A DNA stretch of 63,881 bases, filler included, from Folioceros fuciformis (GCA_049999805.1; 16 parts of 16 records of this genome joined end to end with filler, not necessarily neighbours in it), one strand, 5' to 3'; positions 12,390 to 26,252 are shown, counted from the whole stretch's first letter. Numbers and translations: made by a program. The notes: generated from the letters alone by a model not told the origin.

Positions 12390-13752
12390 CACATTAGTGA
12401 ATTGTTTAAGTGAAATTGTCATAATACATAAACCCATGTGCAATGGACGATTACTAAAGATTAACCCCCATTGGTACTGACAAATCCTTGTTTTTCCAAG
12501 ATTAAGCAAAGTAAATGGGGAATTATAAAAACGTGCAAAAAACCTGGTCGTGAAGGAATGTGACATGGGCACAAAGGGGTACAACTTGTAGTGGTAGATG
12601 GTATGTGTGCGACGGGTGTGAGAAGCGTGCACGTACAGCACTGCAAGTCGCCGCATGTCCTACAAGGGCAAGCATGCCGACTAAGAACATGCCATCTATA
12701 AAAGGGTACTAAAGGTGGAGAGGGTAACTAAGGTTTGCATGCCTAGTTGGACTCACTAGTGTAGGCAACTGGCATTGTTTCATGATCGGGCAATAGGAGG
12801 TTTTTTCATAAAAGGATGTGCATGATGGGATTCTAGTGATATAGAAATGATGGAGAAGGGAGGTCAAGTCATGTCTTAAACTAGAAAATACCATCATAAT
12901 GCTATCTTAAAGGTTATCATAACTCTTGGGCCATGGCACTAGTCATGTGAATGTGGAGGAGGAGCCACCCATGAAACGAGCCTGCTTATGGGTGGAGGAG
13001 GTAGAGGCACCCTTTGTGCCAACCCCCATGAATGTGAGCCCCTATAGCAAATGTATCTCGAAGGTGCAAGATTGGCATAACCTATTGTGGCAAAAGGTCC
13101 ACGAAGGTTTATAAATGTAAGTTGAGGCCAATGGTTTAGGTGGAGGCCTCAACTAAAGGCCACCTAATGCATAGTAAGTGGGTCCCTACCCCAACCCCAT
13201 AAGACTTATCATTGGACCATATAATAAAGGGAAGAATCAAGTAAAAAAATGTTATGTTGCGCGTTTTCTAGTATACTCACGTACTAGAGTATGCATGCTA
13301 CACTCTCATAAGCTACCTTGCCATCTCCGCAATTTCCAGCAATCACTTAACAGTATGGTTCTAGTCGCTTGCCCATGGTTTGGTGTGCTACAAGGGTTTC
13401 CCCATCATGAGGAGGAGTATATATATAGATAAATATAACTATAAATGGTTATCCACCACGAAGACATCTTGCTAGCTGCAAGTGGTTTAGGTCACAAAGT
13501 GCCTAGTTTAAACTCTTATTTTACCTTAAATAGCTATATCTTAGTTTTTAATATTTTGAAGCATTTCTAGAAGCCAATGCTCTTATTGATATGTAATCCC
13601 TAACTTATGTTATAATTGCCATGTACCTTGTATATTTACCTCATATGATTCAATGATGGAATTTTTTTATTATAGTATTATAATATATATTAGTTAGATA
13701 TTATACTAAAATGTATATTTTCAAACTAAGTTTTCATTTTGTTGTTTTGCAG

Positions 13753-13820
13753 ATGGTTTCCCGATATCAACCAAATCCTTATCACAATTTTCGTCATGCT
13801 TGTGATGTGTTACATGCAAC
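13753..13820 (+). CDS. CAPE: Isolated 68-nt exon of a class I cyclic-nucleotide phosphodiesterase domain (CAPE-like)
   Basis: TTTTGCAG| acceptor and |GTAAGA donor. Translates MVSRYQPNPYHNFRHACDVLHA(T), the NPYHNxxHAxDV metal-binding PDE motif. The CAPE assignment is inferred from the AC exon at 46559-47065. Confidence 0.8.
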
Positions 13821-14017
13821 GTAAGAAGATGTTGTGTTTTCAATCATGTGAAAACCATGTCCAACAATATATAAATATTTAAAATGTATTTTATATTCTT
13901 TTTACAATATCATTCATTATATCAATCACTTGTAAAGTTTATATTATTCCTTTGCACATTCCATTCCATTGATGGCTCCAACTCAAAGCAAATGAAAGTT
14001 GCGAGAAAGAAGAGAAA

Positions 14018-14182
14018 TGTAAAATTACACACTAATAATATATTCCAGAAAGTGTCATGTATATACCACATATACCAAAAGTCATGTCTCTTCAACTAAT
14101 GATACTAATAACCCTAACTCTAACTGCTGATACGTTTATAAGACATAAACCCTAATGGAATGGAACGGGGTTTATCCTAACA
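14018..14182 (-). repeat. 3' LTR (165 bp, TG...CA) with adjacent PPT
   Basis: Direct repeat of 20210-20354 with ~5 differences over 145 nt. CGCCCCCG (minus-strand G-tract) at 14183-14190. Confidence 0.92.
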
Positions 14183-17100
14183 CGCCCCCGTAAACGGAGC
14201 ACGCAGATAGATCAGATGTAGTGTGGTTGGTGCCATGGCAGGCTCTCTGTTTCAGTGCTTGTCACTCTGCACGTTTGCCATCGTAGTATTCCTCTTGTAT
14301 CAGTATCTGTGGGAGGAAGAAAAAAAAGGAGCAAAGGACGGACAAGAGGAAGAGCACGCCAGCTGCGTCACAACGAGTGGAGAGAATTCGCAATAGAGCA
14401 GAGATGGTAAGTTGCGAGCTGGGAGTGCCGGCTTTGGATCTCATTTGCCACAAGGGAAGGAGATGGAGAACCAGCACGGGGTGAGGAGGAAACACTGATG
14501 GACCACTTCAAGCATGCCGCTGCCAGTCCGCTACCTCAAGATGAGTAACTGACCACCTATAGAAAACTGCTAGAGCATGCGACTCAATGGAAGGTAAGAT
14601 TCATCCACCATGCTCTACAGCTAAAGTGAAGCAGCTAAGTGGTATTCGGACAAGCTTTAATGCCCATAGCCTCCTTGTGCAAATAATGCTTGTTAATGGG
14701 CAGATTCTTTGTCAATAGGTCTGCGGTGTTCAAGTCAGTGGAAACATACTGAATCCTCACTTGTTGTTGACTTACAAAATGCCTAATAAAGTGATTATGC
14801 ACTTCTATATGCTTTGTGCGAGCATGGAAGCAGGAGTTAGCAGTCATAGTGATGGTGGACATGTTATCACATTGTATAGGAGTTGACTATGACTGGGGAA
14901 ACCCAAGACCTTCCATAAAGCATCGCTCCCAAACTGCCTCCTTAGCTGCCTCGATCAAGTCTTTGTACTCTGCTTTTGTGGAAGACAGTGCGACCAAGAC
15001 TTGCTTCTTGGAAGTCCGGTGGATAGCAGTGCAAGACAACATGAAACAATAGGCAGAAATGCTTCGACGAGAGTCAGGGTTAGTGGCCCAATCTTCGTCG
15101 GCATAGCCACTCAAAGTAAGTTTCTCGTCAACTCGCCCCCAGAAGCAGATGCTGTGATTTATGGTGCCCCTTAGGTAATGAAGAATGCGCTTAACTGCCC
15201 CCCTGTGTGCTTGGCCAGGATTGTCCAGGAATTAGGAAACAGAGCTAACAGCAAACTGGATATCAGGACGAGTCTAGCAACGGAGGTAATTAAGACTGCC
15301 CACAGCATGTCTATAAGGAACGAGAGACATAACCTCCCGCTCAGCACCTGTATGTGGGCACTACTCAAGAGAAAACTTAGCTCTTGGAACACTAGGAGTG
15401 AACACGGGCCGAGCATCAAAAAGATTGAAACGGTAAAGAGTTTCAGCAATATACTTTGCCTGATGCAGCATAAGAGAATGACTAGAAGGATCTTGAACAA
15501 GCTGAACACCAAGCACATAGGTAAGTGCCCTAATGTCCTTCATATCGAACTTTTGCCTGAGCATGTCTTCAACCCATGCTAACAGCCTTGGATCATCAGA
15601 TACAAGAATGGCGTCGTCTACATACAATGCAAGTATGACCATATGTCCATCCTTGAAGTAGACGTATACGTTAGCATCACCAGGATTTTGTATAAAGCCG
15701 ATGGATTTCAGGTAAGCATCAATGGTCTTATACCATTCTCGTGCAGACTGTTTGAGGTCGTATATGGTTTTCTTGAGATGGCAAACCCAATCGGGGTGAT
15801 CAAGATCAACAAACCCTTCGGTTGCTCCATATAAATATCTTCCTCTAATTCCAGATAGAGAAATGCTGTGCAGACATCCATCTGTTGCAAATCCCAGGCA
15901 TTTGCTGCGGCCAAGTCCAGGATCATACGGATGGATTGAGTCTTAACCATAGGACTAAAGGTTTCTGTGAAGTCGACATCAGGAACTTGAAAAAAAACTG
16001 TGGGCCACAAGACGAGATTTGTATCTGACTATCTCACCACTGGCATTGAGTTTGTGTTTAAAAACCCATTTGCAACTAACAGCCTTGCGTCCTTCTGGCA
16101 GAGGACATAGCTCCCAAGTGTTATTTTTAACAAGGGAATCATACTCCTCTTTGATGGAGGGAATCCAGTGAAGTCTATAAGCTCCTGAAATGGCTTCATG
16201 GTAAGTCCGAGGTTCAGGCTTGATGTGAGAAGGAGCGGATGTAACATGAGCTTGAGGAAGACTCAAGATTGCAGCTTGGGGCTGCTGAAAATCTACGAAG
16301 GTATAGCAAGGTTCTTCCATTCTGATGGAGGAAGTCGTTGACGAGTGGAGTAACGACGTTCTTCTGGTGTGCAAACTCAAGAACTAGTGCTACAATAGGA
16401 CCCTCTTCAAGAGAATCGTGCAACAGATTAATAGAGTCACCTAGATCTGATCCGGCTAAGAATTCAGATGTGTCGTCTGCAAACCCCACTTCGCCTAGGT
16501 CATAAACGGGGTCCTAGAAATTTACACCACCGCCTTCAGAGTTTTCTGGTGCAGGGAGGTTGCGTGGAGGATCATCAAGTGGTACACGAGCTGCTACAGG
16601 TGCTGGATTGGCCAAAACAGGAGCTTGACTAATGGGGAAAGGACCTTCGTTAGCTAAAGCTGCGATTTGCAGGAAGTGTATTTGTAGCTGGAGCTGAAAC
16701 CTGAGTACTTTCAGGCAGGTCATCATGGGGAAATAGAGTCGGTTCGTCAAGGTCAGAGATCTCTACACGAGTTACTATAGGCTCTTGGCTTGAAAGTAGA
16801 AGGTCGAAATAGGGCTTAGTAGGGGACAGGAGCTCCTTAAAGGTAACACTGCGTGCAAAAACGGCATATTTGCTTTGAGGATCTTACAACTTGTATGCTT
16901 TAGCCTCTTTGCCATATCCTACAAAAAGAAAGGGTGTAGCTTGGTCTTCTAATTTCCTCCTCTTTTCTGCAGGGATATAGGTGTAAGCTGGAGAGCCAAA
17001 CACTTGCAAATGAAGAAGATTGGGCTTCCTTCGCCAAATCACGTCAAAAGGAGTTTGGCCTACAACTACGCTCGTGATGATCTTGTTAAGGATGTAAGTC

Positions 17101-20100
17101 GCCGTTACCACTGCTTCAGCCCAATAATATTTGCTGAGCCCAGACCATTCTAACATATTGCGTGTCATTCCCAACAGGGTTTGATTGCAGCGTTCAGCAA
17201 CGCCACTTTGCTGCTAAGTATACGGAACAATCAGTTGCCTGATAATCCCCCTATCCAGTAATAATTGGTTGAAATGGTAGTGGACAAACTCTGTCCCATT
17301 ATCTGTTTGAAGACACTTCAATAGGTAGCCTGTCTACCTTTGCACAATTTGAAGCCATTCCTGGAACACGCCAAAAGTGTCTAACTTCAAATGAAGTGGG
17401 TAAGTCCAAGAATATCTGCTGTAATCATCTATCAGGGTCAGATAATACTGAGCACCACCTAGTGAAGGGATGTGTATCTTGCCAGAGATGTCCGCATGAA
17501 CTAAATCCAGAATGTGGGAGGCCTTGTGAGCAACTGCCTTTGGAAAAGGAATCTCCTTTTGCTTGGAAATGACACAGGCATCACAAAGTGGCAAGTCTTT
17601 GAAGCATCTAGGCAGGGGTTCTTGGAAACATGTCATGTCAGACATGTTGACTAGCTTACCATGATTGGCGTGGCCTAGTCGAGCATGCCACAAACTGGCT
17701 TGAGCAGCTTGTGACAATTGGGCAACGTGAACAGTCTCTACAGGTATGGATCTAGATCCATTTGATACAGGTCATGCACTAAGTGCCCTTTTGCTACAAT
17801 ATGATCTGAGTTTCCTTTCCTTTTGAACAAATAGCTAGAGGAAGAAAACATCAGATCGTACTGCCTTAAGGACATAAGCTAACTGATGGAAATGAGGTGC
17901 TTGGCCATGTGAGGTACGTAAAGGACGTTATCCAAGTGGAGGACAGGTCCATCATGGAGCTTGAAATGACATGATCCAACACCTTTGATGCGAAGACCTG
18001 CTCGAGTAAGTTCATCTCCTAGCAGCACTTTGTCAGTAGGATGAGAGGACCGAAAGTGACTAAGGAGTGACTTGTCATTACAGATATGAGACGTTGCACC
18101 AGAATCTAAGTACCAATTATTAGGAGAAGAAACAGTAGAAGACACAAAACACATTGTCATCACCACAGGCGGTTTGTTCGACGAAGCTTGTCGATCTTTG
18201 GCAACCATGTGAGCTTCAGCCTGCCTTGAAGGCTTCTCAGTTCTGCGGGGTTCCCCAGACTTTTTCTTCCTACATTCTCTCTCCCAATGGCCTTGGGTGC
18301 CACACCAATGGCATGCGCCAGCCCGTTTACTGGTAACAAGTTTGGAAGGGCCTGCTCCGTATGATTTGTATTTATCCGAGTTTCTCCCTTTGGTGAACAG
18401 TACTTTATCTGTTTTGGTTCTGCCTCCATAGTGACCTGAGATTGCCCGGCTTTGCTCTTCCTGTAGGAGAGCTCCAACGACATCAGTGAAGTTGATGCGA
18501 ACAGCCTTGCTTGCGGCTACTGCCTTGTCAACTGCACGTATGGAAGCACCGAAGGTTTGGTAACTCGGAGGAAGGCTTGTGAGCAATTGGGCAACAGAGT
18601 CCAATTCGGAGAAGGCACACCCCAAGCTGATAAGTTGGGATCAGAGATTGCAAAACTTGAGGATGAAGGGAGCAACTTTCTCCCCTTCCTTCAGCCTTAA
18701 AGAGAAGAGCTCTCCACAAACAGCACACATGGTGAGAATGTTTTTCACGGCATATGTCTGAGTGAGCTGATTCCATATGTCCTCGACCTTGTTCAGATAA
18801 GCAACATCGGGCATGAGGACGGCATCCAAGCCACTAATCAAGTAAGCACGAGCGACATTATTAAGATGTTGCCACTTGTCCTTCTCGTCCTGTGTGGCTG
18901 ATGAAGGTGGTTTGGGCACCACCCCACTAACAACCCCCCATACGTGACGAGCTTCAAGTGCAGAAGTCATTCGCACGCACCAGACTTCAAAATGAGTACC
19001 ATTGAAGCGGTCTCGCTCTTTGAATTCTGCAATATATGAGGGAACCAGAGTGCTATGTTGTGGAGGACTTGCACCGGTGCCAGATTCGGACCCTGTGCCG
19101 GTGCCAGGGCTAGAGCCAGAGGCTGATGCTGTTCCTGCGGCTGCAACTGTTCCAGTGGAGTACGTTGTGCCGGAGGCGGAGCTTAAGACGGAGCTTGAAC
19201 CTATTGTTCCTGACATTGTGATCTTGTGTGTAGGGTAGTGAGTAACCAAGCGTGAGCGTATCCTGGTGAAGTCGCTGCTTTAACAGGGGATCGAGATGCC
19301 ACGGAAAAGAGGCAGTCAGATCAGGCAAGTGAGCATCAGGAGCAGCACGTTGGTTCGGGGAAGATGCCTTCTGGGAAGACGCGCCTTCTCCACAAGTGAT
19401 GTGGCGCGCAGGGCAGGTTGTTAGCACGACTGTTCCCGCCGCCACACGATGTTTGGATTCTCGCCACAAAATCACATGGGAGGAAGATTCCCTTGCTCCC
19501 GAGTGGGGACCCGTGAAAGGTACATGACAACGTCAATCATTGTTTCTGTGCTGTGACGCCTCTGATTTGTTGATTCAACAGTGAGATTCTGCACAAGAGA
19601 AAGCGAGAAGAGAATCTTGACTTTCCTCTTGTTGATTCTCGACCAGACGGCTTTCTCCAAATGACTGCTCGAGACCTTCGACCCGTGCGTTGAGAGAGTT
19701 AATGCGCAAGGCTAAGAAGACTCCTAGTGAATCTCTAACGCACGAAGCTAGTGAAAATTTTGCTTGTCTGTTCCAATTTCCTTCAACGACGTTACACCAA
19801 GAGACGAAGAGTTAGGCCGTAGTGGCAAGAACTCAACTCTCCTATTTGGTGGGGATTGGGGCAGCCTGTTGCGGCGATTCCGATGCCGGTATTGATTAAT
19901 GTCAATCACTCGGTCATCAATGTGCCTCCCACCCTGACGTGCCATAAACAACGAGATAAGTAAAACATTGAAGTTTTTGTTTATAGAAGATGGCGCAGCG
20001 GAATTGTATCTCCTGTCTTTTCCAATTCAGACATTGCAATACAGGTTGTGAGATTATGTTGGGCACACAATTGTAGCAATCGTCATGATGGCGGTGGCTG

Positions 20101-20197
20101 ATTATTGTGCCCAATTGTATGCCTCACAACTAGTATTGCCAACAATATTTTCAGAAGACGGACATAGATAGATAGAATAGGATCAGAGAACGAGGAT

Positions 20198-20354
20198 GCT
20201 CTGATACCATGTAAAATTACACACTAATAATATATTCCAGAAAGTGTCATGTATATACCACATATACCAAAAGTCATGTCTCTTCAACTAACCGATACTA
20301 ATAACCCTAACTCTACCTGCTAATACGTTTATAAGACATAAACCCTAACGGAAT
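20198..20354 (-). repeat. tRNA-iMet PBS (20198-20209) plus 5' LTR (20210 to gap)
   Basis: GCTCTGATACCA is the reverse complement of TGGTATCAGAGC and directly abuts the LTR copy. Confidence 0.92.
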
Positions 20355-20454
20355 NNNNNNNNNNNNNNNNNNNNNNNNNNNNNNNNNNNNNNNNNNNNTT
20401 AATTAATTAANNNNNNNNNNNNNNNNNNNNNNNNNNNNNNNNNNNNNNNNNNNN

Positions 20455-21754
20455 CTTTGCTTTAATCCATAAATAGTTTTAAGTAATTTGCATACTTTCT
20501 TAGGATATTTCTGATTAATAAACCCCTCTAGATGTTGCATGTATAGGGTTTCTTCAAGCTCCCCATGGAGAAAAGCAGTACACACATCCATTTGGTGAAC
20601 TTCTAAATTATACTCAGCTGCCAAAGCAAGGAGAATTCTCACAGATGGGGGTTTAACAACAGGTGAGAAAGTGTCACCATAGTCCAAAATAGGTATTTGG
20701 GTAAACCCTCTTGCTACAAGTCTGGACTTGTAACGTGCAACTGTGCCATCTGCTTTAAGCTTTGTTTTGAAAACCCATTTACAGCTGGTTGGTTTACGCC
20801 CTAGCAGCAAATCCTCTAACACCCATGTGTTATTCTTAACTAATGAATTGTATTCATCATCAATAGATATCCGCCACTTATCACCATCAGGACCATTAAG
20901 AGCCTCTGAATAGGATTGAGGATCAGGTCTCACCTCAGGTACATAAATTTAGCAACATGAGCTTGTCTGAAATCAATTGATTCATATGGTTTCTCTAACC
21001 AATTCTCACGTGTACGCCTCTCTCTCATAGGATAACAAGGTTGATCCTGGACAGGAGCTTGCTGAACTTGAGGTAAAGGTTCTGGCTCAACTTCAGCAGT
21101 ACTGTGAGTAGAATGTTGTCAGGCAACTGATCCTTCATCCTCAAAAGGATCTACAGGTTCTCCCACTTGTTGTATATTTTCCTCAATAGCTTCATGAACA
21201 TCTGTATTCTAAGCATCCAATTCCTCACCATTAGAGAGAGGAAACTCATCAAATTGATTAGGTTCAAAGTCATCTTTAGCAGCATCATCTTGAGGTTGAC
21301 TAACATGCTGCTGTGAATCCAAACCATCATCTAACTGAGATAGATCTTCATGAGAGTCTTTAACAGATGTTGAAGCTTCAAGGCGTGGTGAAGACAACTC
21401 CTCAAAAGTCACACTCCTAGCTAAGGTAATAGCTGAAGTCTTAGAGTCAAATAATTTATATGCCTTAGTTTCTTTAGAATAGCCTAGGAAAATTAGAGCC
21501 TTTGCCCTATCATCTAATTTCCTGCGTTTCTGTTTAGGAATAAGTGCGTATGCATGAGAACCAAAAACTCTGAGATGAAGCAAGCTTGGTTTTCTTCCCC
21601 AGAATGATTCATAAGGAGTTTTACCAGGCACAGACTTTGTCAAAACTTTGTTTAAAATGTAAGTTGCTGTAACTATGGCCTCAGCCCAAAAACGCTTTGA
21701 CAATCTTGCCCATGAAAGCATGCTTCTAGTCATTCCCATAAGTGTTTGGTTCTT
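20455..21754 (-). mobile_element. Copia integrase-RT fragment
   Basis: [55 protein letters not shown]. Confidence 0.93.
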
Positions 21755-22441
21755 NNNNNNNNNNNNNNNNNNNNNNNNNNNNNNNNNNNNNNNNNNNNTT
21801 AATTAATTAANNNNNNNNNNNNNNNNNNNNNNNNNNNNNNNNNNNNNNNNNNNNCCTAGGCCTCCTCCAGCTCACAGATCCCTAGGATCTTGCCCCTAGA
21901 TAGCTCCTTGATCACGGAAAGGAAAAAAAACAGAAGGAGGAGTAGCCGCCGCGTTTCCTCTCCCCCTTGGCAGCCTCACTACCTCTCCACTATCCAAGCT
22001 CGTTGCCTCTCCATTGTGGCAGCCTCCCTGCCTCCTGCAACTCACAGATCCTTGCTGTCTGTCCGTTCGACACAAATGGCTACTTTTACTAAGCTCCCAA
22101 GCACTTGAGAACTTAGAGTGGCTGCATGTCACATGAAAACTTGGAGCGCTTGCAGCCTGGTGACTTGGAGTTCTCGCATGCCACTTGGGGACTCAGAGTG
22201 CCGACATGCAATCTGGGGACTTAGGGTTCTTGCATGCAGCCTGATTTAGTAGGTTCTAGTTAGAAGAAAAAGCAGACCACGTTGGTTAGTCTAACTAGGC
22301 CTTAGCTTTAAATGTAGTTAGTTAACTAGCAAGCTAGCGAAAGGACACAACCCTTCGTAACCCTTTAAAAGCCCACCTATGAACCTTAATCTTAGTTGAT
22401 TGTTTATCATTCTTAGTAAGCATCTGCTTGATGCAAGACAC

Positions 22442-25298
22442 TGTCGTTCATTAGACTAACACACACCGGATCGCATAAGCGTCAGCACCAAAGATGTACT
22501 TGAGGGAAAACACGCGAGAGCGCGCGAAGCGTTCACGCAAATGGCAGTTACATACCGGTCATACACACGTACCCCTATATTTATATATAATAAAGTATCA
22601 AGTAACCTAACCCTAACTACATAGGCTAGCGAACTAGGGGGAACGCGAACCATACGCCAACACCCCCACTTGAGCTTCATCTCTAGTTTGCGATAACGCT
22701 CCTCCTCCGAGTCCTTACAGTCTTCCGCCAGCAACTGGAGAGCTTCATCTTAGTCTTGGCATGAATTGCCACCTTGATGGATTCAACTATAGCCGAGCTC
22801 AAGGTTTCCTGAGACGCAGCTGTACTTGAGTACCGCCCGCCACAGGAGTTGATCACCGCCGCTCTTATCTCGGACACAATTCATGATGAAGCCACTCTCT
22901 CGTTCTCCACTTATGAGCAGCTGAGCTTGCACCAACGACGCCTCTTGCCTATTGGGTCGAGCCAGGGCTGTACCCTGATCTGCAAAGGACCGAACTGGGC
23001 GCCGCCATCTTTCATCCGAATTCACTTGGAGCAGGGCAGGATCCCTAGTCTACTTGCATGTTTGTTGTGCAGCTCTTTCGACAGGGCCTTGTCAGAAGAT
23101 CGGCTAGATTCTTGTTTGTAGGGATGTAGATCACTTCCATTTGTCTCTCTGCTACAACTTCTCTAATAAAGTGATGATGTATGGCAATATGTTTGGTCTT
23201 TGAGTGAAACACCGGATTCTTTGTCAGCGCGATTGCGCCTTGATTGTCACAGTGGACAACCGTTGCTTCATTCTACAGCATGCCAATGTCAGATAAGTTC
23301 CTTCGAACCCATATTACTTCCTTTGCTGCCACCGTGAGGGCCTTGTATTCCGCCTCTGTGCTCGATGTTGACACTATTGCCTGCTTCTTACTCATCTAAG
23401 AAATCGGACCTCCTGCTAACATCAACACAAAAGCTGACAGTGGCTTTCTACTGTCCAGGTCCGATGCCCAATCGGAGTCACAAAATGGTGAGATCATTCA
23501 GTGTCACATTCGGTGAGATACCAGCAACATTTAGAGTGGGCAGTTTACTCCCTACAACACTAAGCTGGTAAATGTCATTCACCGCAAAACCTTCTGCAAG
23601 GGTTCCTTCTCCCTGCGAGCTGTCCACGATTGTGCACATATCTCCTTTGAAAGAAACCTGAATATGTCCTGCAGCTGTGAGCTTCCTGACGGACAGCAGG
23701 TTCTTGGTCACTGCAGGGACATGCAGCACATCAAACAGCACAAGCTTCCTACCATGGTGTAAATGCAAGGTAACTTTGCCCGTTCCTATGATGGGCAACG
23801 TGCTCTCATCTCCTAGTAGCACAGATTGTGCCTCTCGATAAGGCTTATACTCACTGAAACACCCTTTGTCATGACATATGTGTGCAGACGCCCCAGAGTC
23901 AATAAACCAAGCAGGAGTATGTGTGCCGGCTGTCGTCAAGCACACAGTCAAAATGACTTGAGATGTCTTCTTCTTGGGACCCTGCACAGTAAGTGCTTCA
24001 GGGGTCCCTGTGCCCTCCTTCCGAGGCTCTCCTGTCTTGCGTTTACGACAATCACGGGCCCAGTGCCCAAGTACTCCGCACCAATGACAGTTACCTGTCT
24101 TCCTCTGGCCGCCTGAAGTCTGACCAGGTCCACTAGCACTTGTTCTGCCACCACGATTTGCATTCCAGCCACCTCTGCCTCTTTTGTAGGTTTTACCCCT
24201 ACCTGCAAACAGGGCTTGCTAACCCTGAACTTGCTGTTTTCCAGATCGTGAAGACAACCATGTGGCTTCCTCCTGCAGCATCGCACTGATGACTCCATTG
24301 AAAGTCAGAGGATCTGCCTCGATCTTCAAGGCTTTGGATATTCTGGCCTCAACCTTTGCCATGGCCTGTTGACCAGTGACAAAAGGCCCAAAACTTGGTG
24401 GTAAGGAACTCAGCAACCTACAACTTGTGTCATAGTCTGAGACCTTTGTACCAATGGAACTTAATCTTGCACGAGCAATCCTAAATCTTCCGATATAGTG
24501 CTCAACCGTTTCCCCTTCTGACATCCACAAACTGTGGTACCTTGCAGATGCGGACATGGAAGCCGCCATGTCATGCAAAGCAAACATCATTTCAAGGTGG
24601 TTCCACATGTCCTGTGCAGAGTCGCCTGGTCCATCAGATGCATGACGCATCATCTCTGGGCCAAGGCCCGACCTTATCAGGTTTCGTGCTCTTATGTCCA
24701 CCAGCTGCCAAACAGGGAAGTCTGAAGAATCACCTTCTGGTTTGGGTGTTTCACCACTAACCAGTCTCCATAAATTTTTCTCTTCAAGTGCTCCTTGCAT
24801 CCTCATAACCCAGATATCATACTCTGATCCTGTGATCAGTCGGTCTTTTTCCTTAAAGCCACCACTTGTAAGAGATTGCAATGCAGTGAGCACCTCATCT
24901 CGAGCTTTCTCTTCATCGTCCATTTTTGGCCTCCAGAACCAAGAATAATCTTCGTGTGCCAAATTTGTGTTTACAGAGGCTTGATCCGAATCCACATCCT
25001 CATCACCTTGTGACTCATCATCAAGGTCAACAAGTCCGACCTCCTGAGCAAGTTTCCTTAGCCACTCTGGCGATGTGTAAGAACCTTCACCACTCATCAA
25101 TCAGCAGCTACCTGCATTATTTGATTCTACTTGCCTGGAAGAGCATACAGCACAAAACGAGTGATTGTGATTTAACACACAAGGTTGTGTTCTTCTTGAT
25201 GAGTCTTGCTGACTAGGTCTGGACAATATAGACAGCTTGACTTCTACTTGCTGCAAGTGAGACTCTAACCTAGCTACTTGGTCCACAAGACTGTCCAA
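22442..25298 (-). mobile_element. Internally deleted Copia (extended gag, zinc knuckle, protease, then a jump to an RNase H remnant, PPT and 3' LTR)
   Basis: gag ORF 24219-25100, CHWCGVLGHWARDC, WFIDSGASAH, SSTEAEYKAL..AAKEVIW near 23310-23365, and minus-strand GTGGGGG|TGTTGG at 22662. IN and RT are absent. The left LTR boundary is approximate. Confidence 0.8.
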
Positions 25299-25487
25299 GT
25301 AGAAAGATTCAGATAGAAATAGTCTAGTCTAGCAGCAGCATATATATAATAGACCTGTAAATAAAACCATACGTAAATAACTACAAACAATATATCCAAA
25401 GACTTGAAACCCTAACTGCCGGGTGTACATAAGGTGCCCGTGCATCTAATGAAATGCTTTTTCTCTCTCCTTTCAAAGATTTCTCTT

Positions 25488-26252
25488 TGGTATCAGAGTG
25501 AGGCTCTCACGAGATTGTGCACCCACACACTCAAATCCGGATGTAGCATGGCCAGATCCAAACCTGCCTAGCCACGCTGTGCACGGACACATGCACGCGC
25601 GCCAGACCCACACGCGTGCGCCCGTTTTTGGCGCCGCGAGCCCGTTTTTAAGAGGCGCCAGCAACGAAGGGGTGCATGTTCCGCTGGATTGCCCACAGAT
25701 CTGAGCGCGTGGACACAATCAGATGGTCGCCTGGTGTGCGCGCAGCCAGATCCATGAGCGTGCCCCGGTTGCACGCCTGCAGATCCAACGGCGGTGTCTG
25801 CAGATTAGTGCGGCGATGCCAAGGGTTTTGCAGCTGTCCTAGCATGCACGCTAGCAATCCGTTGAGCGCGCATGTGATTTGACAGGCGCGCGCCTACAAA
25901 CTTGTGTGCACTCGCCTCGGCGACTAGATTGGAGGACGTGCGAGATGGCAGCTGTGGGCGTTGTTGCGTTTTTCTTAGAACCCGAGCAATTCTGCAATTC
26001 TGCCCACATGAAACTCTGCCACCATGCCGCATCGAGGCAACTGTAGGAGGCACCATGCAACAGAGCAAGACGGGGATCCTACATCACATTTCCTATCAGA
26101 TATAGGAGAGGCTCTTGCGCGCTCACTTAGTCATGCAGGTCGGGGGAAGCCTCGATTACATCCGCCCTACACTAGCACCCCCTCATAAGCCTAACCCACA
26201 GTCACTCTTCTGTGCACGCTGTAAACAACTGGGACACCTAAGCACTAGAGCG
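25488..26252 (+). mobile_element. 5' internal part of another LTR retroelement: PBS, GC-rich leader and zinc-knuckle remnant
   Basis: TGGTATCAGAG at 25488-25498 and CARCKQLGH near 26210-26240. The LTR end CA is not clean. Confidence 0.5.

Larger units (their letters stand above)
14018..20354 (-). mobile_element. Near full-length, decayed Ty1/Copia LTR retrotransposon (gag-PR-IN-RT-RH), probably in the intron after the PDE exon
   Basis: Two LTRs, a PBS and a PPT are present. Broken ORFs contain CHWCGTQGHWEREC, WYLDSGATSH, LWHARLGH, CKWVFK, YVDD, GYADEDWA and FHARTKHIEV in Copia order, with many frameshifts and stops. Confidence 0.95.
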
